Shown: positions 9,172 to 16,512 of the stretch, piece by piece
Layout: every line of letters begins with the position of its first letter
Numbering within the stretch: position 1 is the stretch's first letter
Assembly (NCBI GenBank): GCA_003144275.1
Contig: NJBF01000016.1
Span: 30,001-62,000, forward strand
Length of the DNA stretch: 32,000 nucleotides
Direction: 5' to 3'
Origin: Candidatus Heimdallarchaeota archaeon B3_Heim
GTDB taxonomy: Archaea; Asgardarchaeota; Heimdallarchaeia; Hodarchaeales; Hodarchaeaceae
Program-made: the position numbers and the translations under genes
The notes under the pieces: model-generated
What the model was told of the DNA's origin: nothing
What the model saw: only the letters and a program-made list of their open reading frames with translations
Databases searched by the model: none

Positions 9172-9588
9172 GTGAAAATGGTAACACCTTCAGGCTTAAC
9201 ATTAAAATTTGTGCTTCATGGCTGGGCTGCTAATAGTTATCGTCGATCAGAAGGTACAGCATTTCTGGCTCAAGATCCAGCTACAGCTAGAACGAGGATT
9301 GAGGCATTCAGAGAATTAATTCCTCGGATTTTGATATGTCCTTTATTAGATTGGTCGTGGTCAGATATAGCTAATAATGTTGCAGGAGTTGTTACAGATC
9401 ACGGAACAAGAGTTTCCAGAGGATCAGAAGTTTCTGGAATTGTTCAGGTCGCTGCTGTTTTGGGTACTAGAGAAGCTACGGCTAAAATTAAAGATGGAGA
9501 TTATGTACAAATAATTTGTGAAGGAAATGAGGCGTTAGCAAAAATTTTTGAACCAACAAAATATTTAACGGGTATTAAAGAAACCTAA
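9172..9588 (+). CDS. Stand-alone PEP-utilising enzyme mobile (phosphohistidine swivel) domain, degenerate
   Basis: AGVVTDHGTRVSRGSEVSGIVQVAAVLGTREATAKIKDGDYVQI matches the 'vTdeGGrtSHaAivaRe.giPavvG...at..i.dG..v.v' pattern but lacks the His. The start may be ATG 9178. Confidence 0.72.
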   Translation: MKMVTPSGLTLKFVLHGWAANSYRRSEGTAFLAQDPATARTRIEAFRELIPRILICPLLDWSWSDIANNVAGVVTDHGTRVSRGSEVSGIVQVAAVLGTREATAKIKDGDYVQIICEGNEALAKIFEPTKYLTGIKET

Positions 9589-9594
9589 AATTAT

Positions 9595-10212
9595 CTACTC
9601 TTCTTCCATTCGATTTCCTTTAGAAGTTTGTACCTCTTGTTCGGCTAGCTTTAATTTAACGTAACTATCCCATTCCTCCTGATTTTTACGAAATTTTCCT
9701 TCCCATTCTGTGGAGAGTGACAATAATTGATTTTCATGTTGGGTTTTCATCGTTGTAAGGTTCGACTCCAACTCCGTTACTGTAGTGTTTAGGCGCGAGA
9801 ATTGTCTTAACGTTTCTTCTTTCTCATTTTCCAAAGTCTTAGCTCGCTGTTCTAATATTTTTACCTGTTTTTGTAAACCATCTGCTTCTGCTTCTTTTTT
9901 TGTAAGAGATTGTTGGAGTTCTTCTACTATATTAGAATCTGTTTGAGAGCTTTTTATAGTTTGGGTACGTGCCTTCTTGGCAACACTGATTGAATATTGG
10001 TTGAGAAGATCCTGACTGATCTTTATTAGTTGATCCGTGATCTCTCGGACGAAATTTTCAGCTTGATAAACAGGTACACTTGAATGAGCAGGAACTCGAC
10101 GTGGGATGGATTGTAAAAATTTATCACGAGATTCTCCTAGTTGTCTTTTAGACTCAGAAATAAGAGGGTCGAATAATTTCATAATATAATTTCCAAGATC
10201 GGAATCTGACAT
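9595..10212 (-). CDS. Hypothetical coiled-coil protein
   Basis: 205 aa, with a long E/Q/K/L heptad region in the C-terminal half (e.g. LTKKEAEADGLQKQVKILEQRAKTLENEK). Confidence 0.75.
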   Translation of the reverse strand: MSDSDLGNYIMKLFDPLISESKRQLGESRDKFLQSIPRRVPAHSSVPVYQAENFVREITDQLIKISQDLLNQYSISVAKKARTQTIKSSQTDSNIVEELQQSLTKKEAEADGLQKQVKILEQRAKTLENEKEETLRQFSRLNTTVTELESNLTTMKTQHENQLLSLSTEWEGKFRKNQEEWDSYVKLKLAEQEVQTSKGNRMEEE

Positions 10213-10465
10213 AGAATCACACGGGGGATTTCATACAAGACAGTACTTTTAGTGTAATTTATACACTCTTTTTAATATTGGTATTTTTACTAATCACTTT
10301 TTATTCTTTATTGAGACACAAACTTCAGCGAGATCTAAGAATGTTAGAAAAGGAATTAAAAGTCATTTGATATACTTATGCTGGTTTACCTTAATATAAT
10401 CATAATGTTGGTAAAAGGAGGGTGAAATAGAGAATTTCTCCGTATTCTCATAATATTAGCACACC

Positions 10466-10474
10466 TTTATAATA
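10466..10474 (+). promoter_or_regulatory. Putative archaeal TATA box upstream of profilin
   Basis: TTTATAATA about 33 nt upstream of the ATG at 10507; position consistent with a short leader. Confidence 0.35.
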
Positions 10475-10506
10475 GATACACGGAAGAACATTATAGGGAT
10501 ATAATT

Positions 10507-10875
10507 ATGTCTTATCAAGATGATATGAACGCTTTAATCCAAAATGGATATGTGTCAATCGTTACAATTTTAGATCCTAATGGGGCTCCCTATTGGACAA
10601 ACCAACCCGAATGGCAAGTTGATGGCCCTGCTCTTTTATCCTCATGGCAAAACAAAGAGCCAGGTGTTAATATTGCTGGAGTTCGTTACTCCAGTATGGT
10701 TAATGATTGGGAAGTTGGCAACTATGTAGCCCGAAATGTAGGCGGAGCAGGAATAATTTGCCTAGTACGAGCGCCAAATAATTATTATTTTTTGACCTGG
10801 ACTCCTGGTGATGTTCAGATTCCTTCTATCAATGTCCACGGCGAAGTAGCAAAGATGGCTATTAAATTCCAGTAA
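10507..10875 (+). CDS. Asgard profilin
   Basis: 122 aa. MSYQDDMNALIQNGYVSIVTILDPNG..YW parallels eukaryotic MSWQ.YVD.L..G.V..AAI.G.DG..WA, and GVNIAGVRY parallels GL.L.G.KY. Confidence 0.8.
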   Translation: MSYQDDMNALIQNGYVSIVTILDPNGAPYWTNQPEWQVDGPALLSSWQNKEPGVNIAGVRYSSMVNDWEVGNYVARNVGGAGIICLVRAPNNYYFLTWTPGDVQIPSINVHGEVAKMAIKFQ

Positions 10876-10890
10876 AAATTCATCCACTCC

Positions 10891-10903
10891 CTTTCTTTTT
10901 TTC
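10891..10903 (+). terminator. Oligo(T) archaeal-type terminator after profilin
   Basis: Pyrimidine/T run CTTTCTTTTTTTC beginning 15 nt after the stop codon. Confidence 0.45.
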
Positions 10904-11035
10904 ATTGAATTTTCCTATTCGTCAGAGTCTTCAGTCATATTTCTTTTAAGATGAGAAAAACTTTCATTCATTATTCTTTTTTTTATGAGAAGATGTTTTG
11001 AAATGTCTGTTTCTAGATCGCTAGATGAGTAACAA

Positions 11036-13834
11036 ATGAACGGCCAATGGAAAAATACTTTTGTTTCACTAAGCAACATTAGAAAAAATCTTCTTGCGGT
11101 AAGTTCCACCTCTGATATTTCATCAAATGACTTTGTAAATCAATACCTCTTGCAAATGACAGTTTTATGGACTTTACAGAAACATCGGTACTTCAATGAT
11201 GATGAAAACTATTTTATTACGATGTTCCATTTAATTGAAAAGAAAGATCAAAATATTCCTTTCAATACTTACAATGAGTTTATAAATTCATTATTAATAG
11301 AATTATCCGCATTGAATGATAATCATCTTAGCATAGACCAACGATTTGGGCGATTACGGGGCTGTAAATCTGCGATATTTATCAATATTTCACATTTACA
11401 CAAGAAAGCAAATTTCTCTAATGCAAATTACTACAATTCATTAAAATCGCATTTAAGTGATAATGAAATTTCCAAGTCACTGGGAATATTGACAGTTCTT
11501 GATCGAATAGATTTTGAAATTAACGGAACATTTTTGGGGTCCTTATATGAGTGGTTGATATCATCTAGAACCAAAAGGAAAGGGGGAGTATATTATACTC
11601 CTGTGGAACTAACAGCTTATATTTCGCGCTACTCAGTAAGAACGCTACTAATGGGTCAGTTTGGGGTTAAATCTAGATATTCACCTGATGCTTGGGTTAC
11701 TTATTTCGAGTCCCTTGATAGCACTGGTTTATTAAGATTGTATGAAACATTAATTAATTTAACGATACTAGATCCCGCTGTTGGTACTGGACAATTCTTA
11801 GAAAGTGTTATCGACGAATTATTATCAATATATTCTAACCTAGTCAAAAAATTTAAAGCGCTAAATCTGTCACTACCCCTCAATCTTATTACCAATCGAT
11901 CTTGTAACACTGGAAACCTAATCGATCTTACAAAGATTATAGATCAGACAGAATTTGAATTCTATTTATTAACACATCTGATTTTTCCAAAATCATTATA
12001 TGGAGTAGATATAGACCCTTTTGTCATTCCTTTCACAAAGACTCGGTTATTCATTTCTTTTGCTCACCGAATTAAGCTTCATGAGAAAGATTTTCATTTC
12101 ATTAATCCATTCCAGTGTAATTTAAAGATTGGAGACGCACTTTTGATGGCTTGGGAGGATTTCTTCCCTAAAACATTGACGAAGAAAAATAATTTCTCTC
12201 TTATTCTTACCAATCCCCCTTATATTGGAGAAAGTGACAATAAGGAACTATTTAGGAAATATTCGGTTGCTTATCCTACTTATTATGAGGGAAAACTCAA
12301 CATTTGGTATCTATTTTTTCATTTAGCCCTTAATTTAGTTCAATCTGGAGGTATTGTATCTTTTTTAGTTTCTAATTATTGGTTGACTGCCTCAGGAGCT
12401 TCAAAATTACGTAAAAGAATGCTGCAAGAAACTTTTATTTTAGAATTTATTGATTTTAAAGAAAATCGTTTGTTTGAAGGAGCTCAAGGTATTCATTCTA
12501 GTATAATCACCTTAAAGAAGCTGAAAAAGCAAAATTCATCCATAAATTGTGTTTTCTATACAAAGAAAGAACCAATGAACAATCAGCTTCTAAATAAGAT
12601 GTCAAATCAATTGGTATTCCAAATTAACCAGAAAAATCTTACGTTAAACAATTGGGATGATTATTTTCATTTTCTTCCTTCTGATGTCTCTCTCATACTG
12701 GAAAAGGTAATTAATAGATCCTCCCCTCTTAGAGCTTCAACCTACACAGTAAAAGAAGGACTGATCACAGGGCTTAACAAGATCACTAAACGTCAAGTTG
12801 AGAAATATGGTTACCATTCAACTTGGATAAATCGTGGTATATATGTGTTTGATATTAAAAATATTAATGACCAAAAGACAATTCAGACATTTACGACTGA
12901 GGAAAATAAATATTTACATCCCTTATACAAAAGTTCGTCTATAGTAGATTATTCAACACGAGTTAAGACTGATCAACGCTTTCTTTATCTAGTAAGGAGA
13001 GATGTAGATATTTCCACAATCCCAAATATAAAAAAACATCTTGATCAATATCAAACGGCTACATATAATTCGTTAGATCACCCTCCATACATTAATCGTC
13101 CTCGAAAAAAAGAAATCTTTCTCTCTCCAAAACTTGTGACTCCTCAAAGAGCACGGAAAACACATTTTGGGTATAGCTGCACAGAATGGTTTGCTGCTCA
13201 AGATGTATATTTTGTTCTCGAAGAGAAAAATAATATTCAAAAATTGAAAATTCTCCTTATTCTTCTGCAATCGAAGGTATCTTTCTTTTGGTTCTCTTGG
13301 ATGGGGAAAAAAAAGGGCTCTCAGATGGAGTTTTTTGGTGAGTCAGTTTCAAACTTTCCCATTCCTAAGAAATTGAATAAAGGAGATCTTCTAGCACGGA
13401 TCGCTGATTACTTAATTTTTCTGAACTCCCTAGAAAACAAGCAAAGTGAATATGAACAACTAAGGAGGTTTCTAGAGGAAGGAATCGCTAATATTATTGT
13501 TTATAAGAGTTATTTTAACGACCTTATACTCACTTCTCCAAGTCAAAATCAACTTTACGAGGATGTCTGTGTTTTTCTAGTTAAATCTCTTGAAAAAATT
13601 GACATTGAACATTTTTTAAAAATCCGATATGCCATTTCTGTCACAGAAAATGTTACCACGACTAATAAAACAGAATTCATTAAACTAAAAGAGTCTATCT
13701 TATCTAAAATTAATGCTTCCTTTCATAAATTAGTTTCTGATAAGAGGATTGAAAAATTGAATAGGGAAATAAGCACAAGCCAAATTGTAGAACAGATAGG
13801 CAATTATTATGATTCTAAAAACCATTTAATCTAG
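11036..13834 (+). CDS. Gamma-class N6-adenine DNA methyltransferase (Eco57I/TaqI-like) with C-terminal TRD and no nuclease domain
   Basis: GGVYYTP, motif I ILDPAVGTGQF (~11771), YGVDID, motif IV NPPY (~12212), TaqI_C-like PKLVTPQ. An in-frame TAA just before the ATG rules out an N-terminal extension. Confidence 0.9.
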   Translation: MNGQWKNTFVSLSNIRKNLLAVSSTSDISSNDFVNQYLLQMTVLWTLQKHRYFNDDENYFITMFHLIEKKDQNIPFNTYNEFINSLLIELSALNDNHLSIDQRFGRLRGCKSAIFINISHLHKKANFSNANYYNSLKSHLSDNEISKSLGILTVLDRIDFEINGTFLGSLYEWLISSRTKRKGGVYYTPVELTAYISRYSVRTLLMGQFGVKSRYSPDAWVTYFESLDSTGLLRLYETLINLTILDPAVGTGQFLESVIDELLSIYSNLVKKFKALNLSLPLNLITNRSCNTGNLIDLTKIIDQTEFEFYLLTHLIFPKSLYGVDIDPFVIPFTKTRLFISFAHRIKLHEKDFHFINPFQCNLKIGDALLMAWEDFFPKTLTKKNNFSLILTNPPYIGESDNKELFRKYSVAYPTYYEGKLNIWYLFFHLALNLVQSGGIVSFLVSNYWLTASGASKLRKRMLQETFILEFIDFKENRLFEGAQGIHSSIITLKKLKKQNSSINCVFYTKKEPMNNQLLNKMSNQLVFQINQKNLTLNNWDDYFHFLPSDVSLILEKVINRSSPLRASTYTVKEGLITGLNKITKRQVEKYGYHSTWINRGIYVFDIKNINDQKTIQTFTTEENKYLHPLYKSSSIVDYSTRVKTDQRFLYLVRRDVDISTIPNIKKHLDQYQTATYNSLDHPPYINRPRKKEIFLSPKLVTPQRARKTHFGYSCTEWFAAQDVYFVLEEKNNIQKLKILLILLQSKVSFFWFSWMGKKKGSQMEFFGESVSNFPIPKKLNKGDLLARIADYLIFLNSLENKQSEYEQLRRFLEEGIANIIVYKSYFNDLILTSPSQNQLYEDVCVFLVKSLEKIDIEHFLKIRYAISVTENVTTTNKTEFIKLKESILSKINASFHKLVSDKRIEKLNREISTSQIVEQIGNYYDSKNHLI

Positions 13835-13897
13835 AAAATATATCAAGGAATTTCATATTAAAAATTAATTTGTCTTTTTAAAGTTCTAAGCTAGTGA

Positions 13898-14836
13898 TCA
13901 ATTGAAATAATAATTAAGAGATCGTATATGATCTTGAGAGACAATCTTTTTCATTCTTTTCTTAATTGATCTCACATAAGAAACTTGCTCAATTTTTAGG
14001 CAATAATTCTGAGCAGTAAGAAATATCCATACGTTCCATAGTGCACGATTTATCCATCCTCGACTGCCTGGTTGCTGTAATTGTGCAAAATTCTCAAGGA
14101 AAGCTGGTTTATACTTATCAAAAAGTTCTACTGTAAACCATTTCCTAGTTCTTGATGATTTTCTTGCGCTAGGAACTGATCTAGAACCCTCAGGAGTATA
14201 ACAATCTCCAATTGCAGCATTTCTCCTCCATCCGATCCAATCTATTGACTCAAGATTGTTCTTGAACGCCAATTGATGAAAAGGGCTCCCTAACCCAAAT
14301 CCATGAAATTTTTGGTCAGTTATTGAACGAAATTTGGCTAACCAAGCAGCAACATCGAAAACACTTCCTTTTTCGTTAATTTTAAGTGAAGAAACCATTC
14401 CTCCCAATCCGATATTGGAAACTGAATAATCTATTGTATTTATTTTTGGGAAATGAACGACTGGTAATATTGGATGATCTATACTCTGCATTAAAGTAGA
14501 CCAATTGCTAAAAGATCTATACTGATTTCCGATGACATCAAGATTCACAATTATATCACTGTCATATACCCCTATATTCTTAAGAAAATCAGTGTAATTT
14601 TCTAACGAAATTGCGATACCTGAATGATGTGCACTGTAGGCACCAGAGTCAATCATTATAGGCCCATCGAAAGAAAAATAGTCATGCAAACCGATTGCTT
14701 TAATTCTTTGAATGCATTTTCTAAATTGCCAATAAGAAAACAATATTCCAGATTTTTTCTTATGCATACATCGCTTAATTTCATTTTCATATAACCAAGG
14801 AAAAAATCCCTGTACAATACCTAAGTATAATTTCAA
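13898..14836 (-). CDS. TGT-fold guanine transglycosylase, DpdA-like (paralog 1)
   Basis: IDSGAY, NLDVIG, PVVH, GLGGMV, FHGFG and SIDW motifs map onto the TGT barrel catalytic positions; no CxCxxC zinc motif. TTG start. Confidence 0.8.
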   Translation of the reverse strand: MKLYLGIVQGFFPWLYENEIKRCMHKKKSGILFSYWQFRKCIQRIKAIGLHDYFSFDGPIMIDSGAYSAHHSGIAISLENYTDFLKNIGVYDSDIIVNLDVIGNQYRSFSNWSTLMQSIDHPILPVVHFPKINTIDYSVSNIGLGGMVSSLKINEKGSVFDVAAWLAKFRSITDQKFHGFGLGSPFHQLAFKNNLESIDWIGWRRNAAIGDCYTPEGSRSVPSARKSSRTRKWFTVELFDKYKPAFLENFAQLQQPGSRGWINRALWNVWIFLTAQNYCLKIEQVSYVRSIKKRMKKIVSQDHIRSLNYYFN

Positions 14837-14952
14837 AACAAATTTTACCCCTAAATCAATTTAATACATCACAAAAATATGATGGTATCAATCGTATAAT
14901 TACAAATAATTTTCCTCTATAATTAGCTGTGTGATAATAAAGGTGTAAATAT

Positions 14953-15426
14953 ATGTCACCGCCAAAATACCTCCTCATTATTTCATGTGGGAAGAAAAAA
15001 TCGGAGGAACTCAAACATCATGCTTTGAAAGCAGAGGAGGCATATAAAGGACCAATGTTTCAAGTCATAAACAAAGCGAAAAGGGAAAATAGGTGGGGTG
15101 ATAATCTGAAACTAGGCGTCGTGTCAGCAAAATATGGATTCTTACGAGAAAGTGACTTAATCACCTACTATGATCTTAAAATGACGAAACCTATTGCCAA
15201 ACAGCTTCATTCGAAAGTAATTGAGAGTATTCGAAGTTGGTATTACGCTGAATTATTTTCATTAATATATGTGATCATGGGTAAGGATTATTTAGCAAGC
15301 GTGAAAGGATTGGAAGATTACATTAAAACCGATGTCAGAATTGAGAATATGGGAGGATTAGGCCTTGGACAGCGAAAACTCTTGGATTTCCTCAATTCAA
15401 TTGATATTTCTGGTTTAGATTCGTGA
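14953..15426 (+). CDS. DUF6884/YaaA-like protein
   Basis: LLIISCGKKK...AEEAYKGPMF...VVSAKYGF...YYDLKM...MGKDY signature. A GGTG RBS lies upstream. Confidence 0.75.
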   Translation: MSPPKYLLIISCGKKKSEELKHHALKAEEAYKGPMFQVINKAKRENRWGDNLKLGVVSAKYGFLRESDLITYYDLKMTKPIAKQLHSKVIESIRSWYYAELFSLIYVIMGKDYLASVKGLEDYIKTDVRIENMGGLGLGQRKLLDFLNSIDISGLDS

Positions 15427-15438
15427 GGAGAAGAAAAA

Positions 15439-16500
15439 ATGAGCTTCGCTTTAGGAACTCCCATCAATGCTCGAATAAGACCTTGGAAATATGATTGGAT
15501 TGTAAAACCTGATTCTTTGATGATCTCCGCCATCGATTTAATGGAAAATTCAAGTTTATTTGAGAAAATAAAGAAAATAGGGGTTCACGAGTATTTAGAA
15601 TGGGACGGTCCTCTAGTCTGTGATTCTGGAGCGTTTTCTGCCATTAATCGAAAGAAGAAGATCAATGTTGAACTCGAACAATTAAAACTGTATTATCGAG
15701 AGTTAACAAGACAAGATCCAAATATTATCAAAATTACATTAGATTATCCTGATGAGAATATCCTCTCAAATTATTTAGAATTACTTCCGTATGAGATCCA
15801 ACCAGTCATTCCTTATAACCAATTACAGATTTTGGAACAAATAGTAACAGAATCTGGATTACCTGAGTGGAGCTTCATTGGACGCTTAGTTCCTTTAATG
15901 AGAGGAGGTAGTGGATATAAAAATAGATTATTTTCTGCTATCAACGATTTTAAAAACAAATTAGATGAAATTTCTTATAATGAAAAATGTAGAATATGGG
16001 CCTTGGGAGTAGGTGCGCCTAGTATTTTAACCGAGGTATTGACAGCCGTGGATGGATGTGATTCATCTCGTTGGAGAATTACTGGCTCTAATATGATTTT
16101 ACTTCCGCATGGAGGGGAACGTGGAGTTGGTAACAAGACTAAATGGAGGGGAACTCATCGTAGAATTGAAGAGGGGGATGAAAAAATGTTGGTTTTACAA
16201 ATTTTACAACAAATAGATACTCTCTCAGGAGGATTAGAAACTCTTGATAAATCATTATGGTTTAATAAGAATCCTAAACAGCTTAAAAATCATTTTGAAG
16301 TAAATTTACCAAGTATTGGAAAGCTTATAGAAAAATTAAGAAACAATATTCAAACAATGACGGTTTACGACTTAGAATTGTTATTAAGAAGTTCTGGAAA
16401 TCTACGTCTTATATTCAATTACTTTGCTGCATTGCATTACAAGCTAGAAGAAAGAGATAATACTAATTATGAGAACAATAATCCATACTTCATAATCTAG
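15439..16500 (+). CDS. TGT-fold guanine transglycosylase-like protein, DpdA-like (paralog 2, altered pocket)
   Basis: CDSGAF, TLDYP, WALGVG and DGCDSSRW motifs. GVHEYLEWDGPLVCDSGAFSA aligns with paralog 1 GLHDYFSFDGPIMIDSGAYSA. No zinc motif. Confidence 0.78.
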   Translation: MSFALGTPINARIRPWKYDWIVKPDSLMISAIDLMENSSLFEKIKKIGVHEYLEWDGPLVCDSGAFSAINRKKKINVELEQLKLYYRELTRQDPNIIKITLDYPDENILSNYLELLPYEIQPVIPYNQLQILEQIVTESGLPEWSFIGRLVPLMRGGSGYKNRLFSAINDFKNKLDEISYNEKCRIWALGVGAPSILTEVLTAVDGCDSSRWRITGSNMILLPHGGERGVGNKTKWRGTHRRIEEGDEKMLVLQILQQIDTLSGGLETLDKSLWFNKNPKQLKNHFEVNLPSIGKLIEKLRNNIQTMTVYDLELLLRSSGNLRLIFNYFAALHYKLEERDNTNYENNNPYFII

Positions 16501-16512
16501 AGATGCTCATTA

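Noticed and set aside
10915-11109. 64-aa minus-strand ORF at the island's left edge
   Set aside because: Overlaps the MTase start, has no motifs, and is not an integrase or transposase fragment.
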